The position numbers were made by a program, and so were the translations under genes. From positions 1,376,001 to 1,440,000 of the forward strand of contig OY729431.1 of the NCBI GenBank assembly GCA_963422395.1: a stretch of 64,000 nt of DNA, read 5' to 3'. Shown here piece by piece: positions 9,572 to 19,340 of this stretch; position 1 is the first letter of the stretch; each line of letters begins with the position of its first letter. This stretch comes from Vicinamibacteria bacterium. GTDB taxonomy: Bacteria; Acidobacteriota; Vicinamibacteria; Marinacidobacterales; Marinacidobacteraceae. The notes beneath the pieces were generated by a model. That model saw only the letters and a list, made by a program, of their open reading frames with translations, did no database searches and had not been told where the DNA came from.

Positions 9572-9647
9572 CGGGCGCCTCCGCCTTCGGCGGGTTCTCC
9601 CTCGGCTTGGCGGGCGCCTGAACCATCGAAATCTTGAGCACGCGACC

Positions 9648-10868
9648 GTGCCTTTTCCTGCTGACGACAGCGCGCGGGTGACGCTCGACGGCTTCCTCGA
9701 CGAAATCGCCCGCTGGCGGCGATACGGCAAACCGACTCGAGTCGAAGAGCAAGCCGGCATTCCCGAGTTCGCGAACGAGTTCTGGACTTCGAGGCAACGC
9801 GCCGCGCACTCCCTGCACGAGATCTCCTACCGGGCCTGTTTCAAGCCGCAGCTGCCCCGTTTCTTCATCAGCAGGCTCACGGACCCGGGAGAAGTGGTCT
9901 TCGACCCTTTCATGGGTCGGGGGACGACGGTGCTCGAGGCGGCACTTCTCGGGAGGGGGGTGCTCGGGAACGACATCAATCCCTTGTCCAGAATGCTTCT
10001 CGAACCGAGGCTGCATCCTCCGTCGCTGCCCGAAGTGGAAGCGAGGCTCGATGCGCTTCCGCTCGATGGGCCGGCGGCGTCCCCGGACGGCTTCGAGGTG
10101 TTCTTCGAAGAACGGACTCTTCGCCAGATCTGCCGGCTGCGCGATTACCTGCTCGACCGGGAAGCCGCCGGAGCGTCCGATATCGTGGATCGCTGGATTC
10201 GGATGACGGCGGTCAACCGCCTGACCGGGCATTCCCCGGGGTTCTTTTCCGTCTATACGCTCCCGCCGAACCAGGCAGTCTCCATCGAGAGCCAGCGCAG
10301 AAACAACGAGCGCCGGCAGCAGCAACCGGAATACCGCGATGTGAAGCGGCTGATCCTGAGAAAGACGTATTCCCTGCTGAAGGACCTCGGGGATCGCGCT
10401 CCCGCCGCGGCGTATCGATGTTTCTTCCAGCAGTCGGTCGAAGAGCCATTCGCCTACGACGGGCCGCCGGTCGCGCTCGCGGTCACCTCGCCGCCGTTTC
10501 TCGACACGGTGGATTACCAAGCGGACAACTGGATGCGCTGCTGGTTCGCGGGCATCGACCCCGAGGGCCTCGGAATCACGCAGACCGGCCGCCTCGCAAG
10601 TTGGACGGAACTCGTGCGCGCCGCGCTCGAGCACGGGGCCGCGATCTCCCGGCCCGGGGGGGCGTTCGCATTCGAAGTCGGCGAGATCCGCAAGGGGTCG
10701 CTGCTCCTGGATCGGGTCGTCGCCGAGGTGGCGGGGCAGACGCCGTGGGAGCCGGTCGCGGTGATCGTGAACGAGCAGACTTTCACGAAGACTTCGAATA
10801 CTTGGGGTATCTCCAACAATCGGAAAGGCACGAACTCGAATCGGATCGTCCTGATGCGCCGCCGCTGA
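9648..10868 (+). CDS. Orphan amino-DNA methyltransferase (N4-C/N6-A)
   Basis: Motif I DPFMGRGTT and motif IV TSPPF. Confidence 0.85.
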   Translation: MPFPADDSARVTLDGFLDEIARWRRYGKPTRVEEQAGIPEFANEFWTSRQRAAHSLHEISYRACFKPQLPRFFISRLTDPGEVVFDPFMGRGTTVLEAALLGRGVLGNDINPLSRMLLEPRLHPPSLPEVEARLDALPLDGPAASPDGFEVFFEERTLRQICRLRDYLLDREAAGASDIVDRWIRMTAVNRLTGHSPGFFSVYTLPPNQAVSIESQRRNNERRQQQPEYRDVKRLILRKTYSLLKDLGDRAPAAAYRCFFQQSVEEPFAYDGPPVALAVTSPPFLDTVDYQADNWMRCWFAGIDPEGLGITQTGRLASWTELVRAALEHGAAISRPGGAFAFEVGEIRKGSLLLDRVVAEVAGQTPWEPVAVIVNEQTFTKTSNTWGISNNRKGTNSNRIVLMRRR

Positions 10869-10892
10869 CGGCGGGGCCGGCCGCGGCGATGG

Positions 10893-12590
10893 TCAGCGGT
10901 AGGAGCTGCGCGGCGCGAGCCCGCGGAGCGACTCCACGATGCGCCGGCTCTCCGCTGGAGGAGGGCCGGTAAGGCGGCTGACCAGCCAAGTGGTAGCGAA
11001 GTTGAGCACCATCCCCAGCGTGCCGATTCCTTCGGGACTGATCCCGAACCACCAGGATTCCGGGCCGCTCCACTCGAACACCTTGAACCAGCCGATATAG
11101 AGAGCGGTGCAAGTGGTTCCGGCGATCATTCCCGCCACCGCGCCTTGCGGAGTGACCCAGGTCGAAAAGACCCCCAGCACCAGCACCGGGAAGAAGCTGG
11201 CGGCCGCGAGGCCGAAGGCGAAGGCGACGACGGCGGCCACATAGTCGGGTGGATAGATCCCCACCACGATCGCCACCACCACCGCGAAGGCGGCGGAGAG
11301 CCGGGCCGCTCGGAGTTCCGCCCGTTCGGACATCCCTGGCCTCCAGAAGCCCTTCAGCAGGTCATGGGAGATGGACGCCGAGATCACCAGCAACAGCCCC
11401 GCTGCGGTGGAGAGCGCCGCCGCGAGGCCCCCGGCAGCGACGAGCCCGACCACCCACGCCGGCAACTCCGCGATCTCCGGGTTGGCGAGCACCATGATGT
11501 CGCGATCGATCATCAGTTCGGCCCCTGCGCCTTCGCCGTACTGGATGAGGCCATCGCCGTTTCGGTCGGTGAACCGGATGAGCCCGGTCGCCTCCCAGTT
11601 GCGGAACCAGTCCGGGGCCTCCGCTGCCGGGATGCCATGCAGCGTCTGGATCATGTTGACCCGTGCGAACGCGGCCACCGCCGGCGCCGTCGTGTAGAGG
11701 ATGGCGATGAAGAAGAGCGCCCACAGCACGCTCCAGCGGGCGAGCCGGGCGCTCTTCACCGTGTAGAAGCGGATCAGAACATGGGGAAGTCCGGCGGTTC
11801 CCGCCATCAGGGCGAGCGTGATGGCGAACACATCGGGCAGCGTCTTCTTCCCGGCGAGGAAGGCGCCGGTGTATTCCGGCAGGCCCAGATCGGTGTGGAT
11901 CTGGTCGATGGCGCGCAGCAGCGCCACCCCGGCGCGTTCTCCCTCGATCAGTGGGGAGCCGAAGCCGATCTGCGGGATCGGAGTTCCGGTCATCATCCAG
12001 GAGATCGCCCCGGCGGGAATCAGGAAGGCGGCGATCAGGACACAGTATTGGGCGACCTGGGTATAGGTGATCCCCCGCATCCCGCCGAGGGTCGCGTAGA
12101 GCAGGACGATTCCTCCCCCGATCACCACCCCGTATTCGACCGGAATCGTGAGAAAGCGTGAAAAGACGACCCCCACGCCGCGCATCTGTCCGGCGATATA
12201 GGTGAACGAGAGGAACACCGCGCAGACCACCGCGGTGAGCCGGGCGGCCTGCGAGGCGTAGCGGTCTCCGACGAATTCGGGGATCGTGTAGCGCCCGTAA
12301 CGACGGAGATAGGGCGCCACCAGCAGTGCGAGCAGGACATAGCCGCCGGTCCAACCCATGAGGTAGATCGCACCGTCGTACCCCATGAAAGAGATGAGCC
12401 CCGCCATCGAGATGAAGGAGGCGGCGCTCATCCAATCCGCTCCGGTCGCCATCCCGTTGGCCACCGCCGAGACGCCCCGCCCCGCTACATAGAAGCCCGC
12501 GGTCGTCCCGACCCGGCTCGCCACCGCGATGCCGCTGTAGAGCGCGAAGCTGCCGAGGACGAAAACGAGGGTCCAGCCGGCGATGTCCAC
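10893..12590 (-). CDS. Sodium:solute symporter, cation/acetate (ActP-like)
   Basis: NGMATGADWMSAASF, GTAGLPHVLIRFYTV, many TM helices. Confidence 0.9.
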   Translation of the reverse strand: MDIAGWTLVFVLGSFALYSGIAVASRVGTTAGFYVAGRGVSAVANGMATGADWMSAASFISMAGLISFMGYDGAIYLMGWTGGYVLLALLVAPYLRRYGRYTIPEFVGDRYASQAARLTAVVCAVFLSFTYIAGQMRGVGVVFSRFLTIPVEYGVVIGGGIVLLYATLGGMRGITYTQVAQYCVLIAAFLIPAGAISWMMTGTPIPQIGFGSPLIEGERAGVALLRAIDQIHTDLGLPEYTGAFLAGKKTLPDVFAITLALMAGTAGLPHVLIRFYTVKSARLARWSVLWALFFIAILYTTAPAVAAFARVNMIQTLHGIPAAEAPDWFRNWEATGLIRFTDRNGDGLIQYGEGAGAELMIDRDIMVLANPEIAELPAWVVGLVAAGGLAAALSTAAGLLLVISASISHDLLKGFWRPGMSERAELRAARLSAAFAVVVAIVVGIYPPDYVAAVVAFAFGLAAASFFPVLVLGVFSTWVTPQGAVAGMIAGTTCTALYIGWFKVFEWSGPESWWFGISPEGIGTLGMVLNFATTWLVSRLTGPPPAESRRIVESLRGLAPRSSYR

Positions 12591-12685
12591 GGTGACTCGG
12601 CGACGGCTTCGCTATCGGTGACCTTCGACAGGTCGTTCCTGCGAGCCCGATGCCCGCAGCTCATGCGTATCCACGATTCCCCAGC

Positions 12686-12737
12686 CTAGCAGTCTGTGGG
12701 CAAGGTGCCGGAGAACTTGGTGGGTTTGCACAGCTAG
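12686..12737 (+). repeat. MITE remnant (left TIR plus degenerate right end)
   Basis: CTAG-CAGTCTGTGGGCAAGGTGCCG matches the family end. Confidence 0.55.
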
Positions 12738-13846
12738 ATCATGAGGCGCAGCCCGTCGTGGGCGCGCTCGAAGGCGAGATCACCGGCCTGCAGCACCTCT
12801 TCCCCGGTGTGGACCAGCAGCACTCGCCGGGCGGTGATCTCCCCGGCGGCGCCCGCCAGCTCGGCGTACGAGGTGTGGCCCGGACGGGAAGCTTCGAGCG
12901 AGGAGCACTCGTGGATCAACAGGTCCGCGGCGGCGGATGCGGCGACCACGCGGGCGGTGAACCCGGTGTCTCCGGAATACACGATGGTCCTGCCGCCCAT
13001 CCGCAGGGTCCAGCCGAATGCCCACGCTGCCGGTTGGTGGTCGGCCGGGAAGGGGACGGCGGCACCGGCTCCTGTGGTCCCGGGCAGCAGGACCTGTTCT
13101 CCCGGAAGGACTTCGCGAATCTCTTCGGGGAAGCGGACCGGGAGCTCGCGGTAGAGGCAATTCCGGAGTTCCCGAATTCGCTCCGGCGCTCCCGGTGGTG
13201 CGAACACCGCGAGCGGTTCCCGGCGTCCGCTGCGCAGTGCGTCGAGTTCGAGAAACGGGAATCCGCCGAAGTGGTCGCCGTGGAAATGGGAAAGCACCAC
13301 TGCGGCGAGATCGTCGCTCGCAAGGCCCTCCTGCCGGAGGGCCGCATGGCAGCCCGGGCCGGCGTCGAGCAGCACCCCCCGGGGCCGCCCGCAGGCGCGG
13401 AGGAAGATCGCCGCTTGGCGTTTTCCTCCGGAGCCGAACGCATCGCCGGTCCCCAGAAAGAGGACTTCGACCCCGCTGGCACCGTGCGTTTCCGCGGGAT
13501 CCGGCGCTTTGCCGCCCTCCGCCGAAGCTCCGCCCGTGGCGGCTGCCTTTCGCTGGCATCGCCGACAGACGAAGGGCCGTCGGGAGTCGCCTTCGGCTTC
13601 GGGATCCCCGATCCGTTCGCACCGCCGGCAACTCGTCAGCTGCGCTCGCGGCAGCGAACCGCGATACCGCTCCAGTAGGCCCGCGACGAAGAAGGCGATC
13701 TCCGCGCGGTCGCCGGCGGCGAAGAACCGCGAGTCCTCGATCGGGTCTTCCTCGGCGCGGGGCCGGACGGTCAGTCGAACCTCGACCGTGCGTTCTTCTC
13801 CATCGGCCTCGTCGGCGTCGGCGACGATCCGGATTTCGAGGGACAA
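12734..13846 (-). CDS. MBL-fold metallo-hydrolase (RNase Z/BN-like) with N-terminal CxxC..CxxC extension
   Basis: FLGTGDAFG, HFHGDH, YSGDT, LLIHE motifs. N-terminal CRRC...CRRC. Confidence 0.8.
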   Translation of the reverse strand: MSLEIRIVADADEADGEERTVEVRLTVRPRAEEDPIEDSRFFAAGDRAEIAFFVAGLLERYRGSLPRAQLTSCRRCERIGDPEAEGDSRRPFVCRRCQRKAAATGGASAEGGKAPDPAETHGASGVEVLFLGTGDAFGSGGKRQAAIFLRACGRPRGVLLDAGPGCHAALRQEGLASDDLAAVVLSHFHGDHFGGFPFLELDALRSGRREPLAVFAPPGAPERIRELRNCLYRELPVRFPEEIREVLPGEQVLLPGTTGAGAAVPFPADHQPAAWAFGWTLRMGGRTIVYSGDTGFTARVVAASAAADLLIHECSSLEASRPGHTSYAELAGAAGEITARRVLLVHTGEEVLQAGDLAFERAHDGLRLMI

Positions 13847-13869
13847 AGTTCCGGGGTGGTCTGCTCGGG

Positions 13870-14736
13870 TCAGCCGGCGCCCGGCAGCCAGACGAGGTCT
13901 CGTTCCGGGTCGAAGGGCCGGGCGAGCCCCGCCGGACGGTATCCCCGAAGGTCCACTGCCACCCGACGGTAGCCCACCGCCTCGAGGCCCCTGGCGAGCC
14001 GGGTGCCGACCGGCGGGTCGAGCGCGCGGGAGATCTCTTCCGGGGCGAGCTCGATACGGGCCATCGCGCCGTGGTGGCGGACCCGAAAACCCGAGAACCC
14101 GAGCCCCCGCAGGATTTCTTCCCCGGCCTCTACCTGACGCAGGACGCTGGTGCTGATCCGGACCGGCGCAGGCACCCGCGAGGCGAGGCAGGCGGAAGCG
14201 GGCTCCTCGGCAACCGGAAGATCGAGGCTGCGGGCCAGCCCCCGGATTTCCTGTTTGCCGAGCCCGGCTTCGAGCAGCGGCGAGCGGACTCCGAAGAGCG
14301 CCGCCGCCCGTCGTCCGGGGCGGACATCACCGGTATCTTCGGCGTTCGTGCCGTCGAGAACCGCGGCGTAGCCGCGTTCGTCGGCCAGCCGGCGGAGTCG
14401 GGCGTAGAGCTCCTGCTTGCAGAAGAAGCAGCGGTCCGGGCCGTTCTGCTGGTAGCCGTCCTCGGCCATCTCGTCGGTGGAGACCCATTCGTGGGGCATC
14501 GGGTGACGGGCGAGCACCCGGCGGACGAGCGTCTGCTGGTGTTCCGAGAGGCTCGGGCTGACTCCGGTCACCGCAAGGCTCCGCTGCCCGAGCAGCCGGT
14601 GGGACAGGACCGAAAGAGTGGCGCTGTCCACTCCTCCGCTGAGCGACACGACCGCCGAACCGCATCTGGAAAGCACCTGTTCGAGCACTGCGCGCTTTTC
14701 GGCGAGCGACGGGCTCGTTGCCCGGTCAGGCGGCAT
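13870..14736 (-). CDS. larE: LarE-like ATP-dependent sacrificial sulfur transferase
   Basis: PP-loop SGGVDS, RCFFCK, DGTNAED, RPG, ACLASR. Confidence 0.85.
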   Translation of the reverse strand: MPPDRATSPSLAEKRAVLEQVLSRCGSAVVSLSGGVDSATLSVLSHRLLGQRSLAVTGVSPSLSEHQQTLVRRVLARHPMPHEWVSTDEMAEDGYQQNGPDRCFFCKQELYARLRRLADERGYAAVLDGTNAEDTGDVRPGRRAAALFGVRSPLLEAGLGKQEIRGLARSLDLPVAEEPASACLASRVPAPVRISTSVLRQVEAGEEILRGLGFSGFRVRHHGAMARIELAPEEISRALDPPVGTRLARGLEAVGYRRVAVDLRGYRPAGLARPFDPERDLVWLPGAG

Positions 14737-15256
14737 CGTCTGCCTTCCAGGTCCCGCTCACGCCGCCGCGTTTTTCGAGGAGCCGGATCGAGGTGACCAC
14801 CATCGTGCGGTCGAGAGCTTTCAGCATGTCGTACACGGTGAGGGCGGCGATCGAGGCCGCGGTGAGCGCTTCCATCTCGGCGCCGGTCGAAGCCCGGCAC
14901 CGTATCCGGGCAACGATCCGTACGCCGCGCTCCTCGAATTCGGCCCGCACTCCGATGTGATCGAGCGGCAGCGGATGGCAGAGCGGGATGAGCGACGGGC
15001 ACGCTTTCGCGGCCTGGATTCCGGCGATGCGGGCGGTCTCGATCACGCTTCCCTTGGGGGCGTTCCCGCGCCGGGCGATCTCGAGCGCCGCCTCGGAAAC
15101 GGAAACGAAGGCTTCGGCGGCCGCCTCCCGGACGGTGACCGGCTTCGCACTCACATCCACCATCCGGGCCGCTCCGCCCGGGTCCAGGTGGCTCAGGGTC
15201 TTCGGTTTCCGGAGTTCGTGGCGCCGGGCTTCGCCGCTTGGCGGAGGATCGATCAT
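14726..15256 (-). CDS. moaC: Cyclic pyranopterin monophosphate synthase
   Basis: MVDVSAK, LIPLCHPL, TGAEMEAL, YDMLKALD, EKRGG. Confidence 0.95.
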   Translation of the reverse strand: MIDPPPSGEARRHELRKPKTLSHLDPGGAARMVDVSAKPVTVREAAAEAFVSVSEAALEIARRGNAPKGSVIETARIAGIQAAKACPSLIPLCHPLPLDHIGVRAEFEERGVRIVARIRCRASTGAEMEALTAASIAALTVYDMLKALDRTMVVTSIRLLEKRGGVSGTWKADDAA

Positions 15257-16521
15257 CGACGAGGATCATGCCACCCGGTTACCGGGTCCGGGCAGCCGGC
15301 GAGCGGCTGCGCCAGCACGGTTTTCCCAGCGGCGACAGCGCCGATGTCCTCGGGAATCACGATCAGCCCGTTCGCGAGGGCGAGCGCAGCGATGTCTCCC
15401 GAGCCCTGCGAGCGTACGGGATGGGCGAGGAGCTCTCCGGCTGCCGAGGTGGTGATCCGGGCGGGAAGGAAACCGCGGCGGGGTCCGCGCTTCGACACCG
15501 GAGCGAGCAGCCGCACCCGCAAGTGGGGGCGCGACGGATCGGCCAGTCCTTCGAGCCGTTCGAGGGCCGGGCGAGCGAAGACCTCGAAGGTCGTGAGCGC
15601 CGAAACCGGATTTCCGGGCAGTCCGAACACGAGGGTCCCCCCCGTTTCTCCGGCGACTCCGAAAACGAGGGGTTTCCCCGGCCGGATGGCGACCGAGGTC
15701 ACCAGCAGGCGGATTCCGCTAGTCTCGAGAACCTGCTCAACGAAGTCGAAGCGGCCCATGGACACGCCGCCGGAGAGGAAGAGCGCGTCGCCGGCAAGCC
15801 CGCGCGCCACCGCCTCGGCGAGCTGCGGCGGGTCGTCGGGAACGAACCCGAGGCGGCGAACCGGCAGCCCCATGGCGCGGCAGCGTGACGCGATCATATG
15901 GCTGTTCGCGTCCCGGATGCGGGCGGGACCGGGACGGCGAGTTCGGGGATGGATGAGTTCGTCGCCAGTAGAAAGCACGGTCACTCGCGGGCGGCGGCCG
16001 ACCCGGACCCGCACCTTTCCCACGGTAGCGAGCAGGCCGATGGCTGCGGCGGAGATCCGCTCCCCCGCCTCGAGCAGGACGGCGCCGGAGCGGACCTCGG
16101 CGCCTCGGCGGGTGACCCGCTGTCCCGGGGTGACCGGTGCGGGTGTGCTTCCGGGCGCCGGCCACTCCACGAAACCGTCGCTCTCGACGGTTTCCTCCAC
16201 CATGAGGGCTGCGTCAGCGCCATCCGGCATCGGAGCCCCGGTCATGATGCCCGCGGCCTCGCCGGCCCCTATCGCGGCCCGCGGGGTTTGACCGGCGGCG
16301 ATCCGGTCCACGATCCGGAGTCGGCCCCGGCCTCCAGCCAGCGAAGCGGCCGATACTGCGTAGCCGTCCACCTGGGCACGATCGAAGGGAGGCAGGTCGC
16401 GGTCCGCCGTGATCGGTTCCCGGAGCACCCGCTCCGAGGCAGCGGCGAATCCGACCGACTCGGCCCCGAGCGGCCGGGCGTGGGCCAGCACGGTGCGGAG
16501 AGCGTCTTCGACCGGGATCAC
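15253..16521 (-). CDS. moeA: Molybdopterin molybdotransferase
   Basis: PPFDRAQVDGYA, IMTGAPMP, STGDEL, SGGVSMG, LPGNPVS. Confidence 0.95.
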   Translation of the reverse strand: MIPVEDALRTVLAHARPLGAESVGFAAASERVLREPITADRDLPPFDRAQVDGYAVSAASLAGGRGRLRIVDRIAAGQTPRAAIGAGEAAGIMTGAPMPDGADAALMVEETVESDGFVEWPAPGSTPAPVTPGQRVTRRGAEVRSGAVLLEAGERISAAAIGLLATVGKVRVRVGRRPRVTVLSTGDELIHPRTRRPGPARIRDANSHMIASRCRAMGLPVRRLGFVPDDPPQLAEAVARGLAGDALFLSGGVSMGRFDFVEQVLETSGIRLLVTSVAIRPGKPLVFGVAGETGGTLVFGLPGNPVSALTTFEVFARPALERLEGLADPSRPHLRVRLLAPVSKRGPRRGFLPARITTSAAGELLAHPVRSQGSGDIAALALANGLIVIPEDIGAVAAGKTVLAQPLAGCPDPVTGWHDPRR

Positions 16522-16667
16522 CGAATCCCTCGCATCCTGCGTCCGCCGAGCCGGCGCTGCGGGAAACGACGCCTCAGCTTCTATTCGATCCGCAGCAAGT
16601 CTGCATCTGCGGGCTTTGGGTACGTGCTGGTTTCAGACTTCGGCAAGCCGATGCGTCCGACATCGAG

Positions 16668-16687
16668 GATCTGTCCACAAGCTGTTA
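16668..16687 (-). repeat. MITE TIR remnant abutting the STAS gene stop codon
   Basis: Minus strand reads TAA-CAGCTTGTGGACAGAT, similar to the family TIR. Confidence 0.45.
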
Positions 16688-17077
16688 TCCCCGGCCGTTG
16701 GGACCTCTCGCCTCGGAAACCGGCCGTGCCCGCTCGTCGAGACCGAAACTGGACACTGCCTGCGCCTCGGTCTCGAACACTTCGAAAAGCGGCAGCACCT
16801 TGGTGATGTCGAGGACCCGCGCCACGCGTTCTCTCGGGTGCAGTGCCTTGAGCGCGCCGCCCGCTTCGGCCACCCGCCGGGAGCAAGCGACCAGTTCTCC
16901 CAGGCCGCCGCTATCGATCGCGTTCACTTCGGTGAGATCCAGAACGATCCGGACTCGGCCAGACTGGACGAGCAGATCCACTGCATCCCGCAGTTCCCGG
17001 TCGCCGTGCCCGTCCACGAGCCGACCGCTGAGCACGAGGACACAAACTCCGTCGCGCTCCCGGAGATCGAGATGCAC
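16685..17077 (-). CDS. STAS-domain anti-sigma factor antagonist
   Basis: LDLTEVNAIDSGGLGELV phosphoacceptor motif. Confidence 0.9.
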   Translation of the reverse strand: MHLDLRERDGVCVLVLSGRLVDGHGDRELRDAVDLLVQSGRVRIVLDLTEVNAIDSGGLGELVACSRRVAEAGGALKALHPRERVARVLDITKVLPLFEVFETEAQAVSSFGLDERARPVSEARGPNGRG

Positions 17078-17154
17078 GGGGAACTATCTTCGCAGAGTTG
17101 GCGAAGGCGGCAAGAGCGAGGGGCTGTCCAGTGGAGAGCGGACGGGGCAGAGCG

Positions 17155-17245
17155 CCCGGAGAGTGGGCGTCCTTTCGGCAGTTCCCGGTCGGGAGTCCTC
17201 GACGGAGAGCCCCTCGCTACTCGGCACTTCGACCACGGACTGCTA
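17155..17245 (-). repeat. MITE fragment (TIR plus hairpin module)
   Basis: Reverse complement reads TAGCAGTCCGTGGTCGAAGTGCCGAGTAGCGAGGGG, matching the left end of the 46028 copy. Confidence 0.7.
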
Positions 17246-17254
17246 TGAATCGGG

Positions 17255-19174
17255 TCAGCCGATGAGGGCGCCGATCGCCTCCCGGTCGATGCGAATACGG
17301 TAGCGCTCCACGGCGGCGCCGACGAAGGCCGCCCAGATGCGCTGTTTCTTCTCTTCGGCCAGCTGCGCCCGAAACGACTCTTGCTGATCGGCGAACGCAT
17401 CGGGGTCGTAACCGTCTCGTCCGTTCACCCGCAAGACCGCGAACCCGCGGTCCGATTCGAGGGGGCCGACGACCGCGCCGACCTCGGCTTCGAAGATCGC
17501 CTCCTCCTCTGCCGCGAGGACTCCGGCGGCTCCCAGCGCGCTGCCGCGGAACCAGTTCTCCAGTGGAATCGGGTCCGTATCCGAAGATTCTTCTGCTGCG
17601 ATCCGTTCTGCGAGGGATAGCGCCGCCTCGTTCGCCAAAGCCCGCGCCCGCTCGCTCCGGAGCTCGGCGAGCACATCTTCCCGAATCTCTTCGAAATCCG
17701 GGATGTGCGGCGGCCGCTCCTCGATGACTTCGATGAAGGCGAACCCCGTCGAGAGGCGTACCGGTCCCCCTACGGCCCCGATCTCGAGTTCGAAGGCGAG
17801 GCGCGCCGCTTCCGCCGAACCGATTTCGGCGATTTCTTCCCCTTCGCCGAAAAAACCGGACTCCTGCGGGATCAGAAGCGGATAGCCGTCGGTGATCTCG
17901 ATGGTCTCGGTGATTTCCTCGAGGGCATCTGCGCTCTCCACTCGGGAGCCCAGCGCGAGCACCCGTTCGTCGAGCAGCTCGGCCGCTTTCTCCCGCCGCA
18001 GCCGGGTCTCGATTTCGCCTTCCACCTCGGAGATCTCCCGGGTTTCGGCCGGCCGGCGGCTTTCGAGACGCACCACATGGAAGCCGTAGTCGGTGCGAAT
18101 CGGGTCGCTCGTCTCCCCGGGCATCATGGAGAAGACGACTTCGGAGAACTCCGGAAGCATCTCTTCCGGTCCGAAGACTCCCAGGCTGCCGCCCGCCTCG
18201 GCGGTCGCCTCGTCCACCGAATAGGTCCGCGCGAGCTCGGCGAAGTCCTCCCCGGCCCGAGCGCGGTCGGCGAGCCGGGACGCGAGGGTGCGCGTCGCCG
18301 CTTCTTCGGCGTCCGATTCCGGCTGGAGCAGGATGTGGCTGGCCGCTGCCTGCTCCCCGAGCTGGTACTGGAACAGGTTGCGGTCGTAGTAACGCTGGAT
18401 CTCGCGCTGCCGCACCGAGATCTCTTCGGCGATGGTCTGCTCGGACAGGGTGAGATACCGGACGCGGCGCGCAGTAGGCGTTTCGAAGGCCCGAGCATCC
18501 TCGAGATAGCGCTCCCGCGCCTCCGCCTCGCTCACTTCGACATCGCCGCGCCAGCTGTCTTCGCTGAGGAACCAGAGATCGAGGGAAGCCCGTTCGTTGC
18601 GCCTGCGGTACTCCTCCAGCAGCTCGAGATCGGAGATGTGCGGCGACTGGGTGATCAGCAGCTGCAGCTTCTCGGCGAGCAGGTCGGAGCGCAGCGAAGC
18701 CTCGAAGTCGCGGGGATTCAGGCGCGCTGCCCGCAGCATGTCGAGGTAGGCATCCCGGCCCACGAAAACGCCGTTCTGCTGGAAGGCCGGAGCGTTCGTG
18801 ATGCTGTTCCCGATTTCGGCGTCAGTGACCAGGATGCCGTGCTTTTGCGCCTCGAGAACGAGGATTCGATGGCGTACGAGTTCCCCAACCACCTGGTCGG
18901 GGATGCCGAGCTGGCGGGCGAGGGCGGTGCTGAATTCCCCCCCGCTCTGCACCTGGTAACGCCGCACCGCTTCACGGTAATCCTCGAGGAAGGCAGAGGC
19001 CGAGATCGGCTCGCCGTCCACCCAAGCAACCCCGCGGCGCATGGCTGCGGTCGCGGGGTCTCCCATGAAATCCGGGAAATAGAGGGCGACGAACGCCACG
19101 ATCACGAGTGCGAGCAGAACGGCGCCCACGAACCACCCGACGGACTTGCGGTTGCGGAAATATTCGAAGATCAC
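17255..19174 (-). CDS. PpiD/SurA-like periplasmic peptidyl-prolyl isomerase
   Basis: N-terminal TM, SurA-N domain, parvulin motifs (ASHIL, FAELARTYS, GGSLG, YGFHVV). Confidence 0.9.
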   Translation of the reverse strand: MIFEYFRNRKSVGWFVGAVLLALVIVAFVALYFPDFMGDPATAAMRRGVAWVDGEPISASAFLEDYREAVRRYQVQSGGEFSTALARQLGIPDQVVGELVRHRILVLEAQKHGILVTDAEIGNSITNAPAFQQNGVFVGRDAYLDMLRAARLNPRDFEASLRSDLLAEKLQLLITQSPHISDLELLEEYRRRNERASLDLWFLSEDSWRGDVEVSEAEARERYLEDARAFETPTARRVRYLTLSEQTIAEEISVRQREIQRYYDRNLFQYQLGEQAAASHILLQPESDAEEAATRTLASRLADRARAGEDFAELARTYSVDEATAEAGGSLGVFGPEEMLPEFSEVVFSMMPGETSDPIRTDYGFHVVRLESRRPAETREISEVEGEIETRLRREKAAELLDERVLALGSRVESADALEEITETIEITDGYPLLIPQESGFFGEGEEIAEIGSAEAARLAFELEIGAVGGPVRLSTGFAFIEVIEERPPHIPDFEEIREDVLAELRSERARALANEAALSLAERIAAEESSDTDPIPLENWFRGSALGAAGVLAAEEEAIFEAEVGAVVGPLESDRGFAVLRVNGRDGYDPDAFADQQESFRAQLAEEKKQRIWAAFVGAAVERYRIRIDREAIGALIG

Positions 19175-19340
19175 GACAACCCATCATGGTACCGCCAGAG
19201 TTCCGCGACAGGCAACCGCCAGCGATCGGAAAAGCCGATTTGCGGGAGATTTCCCGGCAGCGTGGCTGCTACGCTTCCGCTCCGCCCGCTCGCGCTCGCC
19301 GGTCCGTTTTCTGAGCGCTGCGCGCCCCGGCTTCTGGTAG

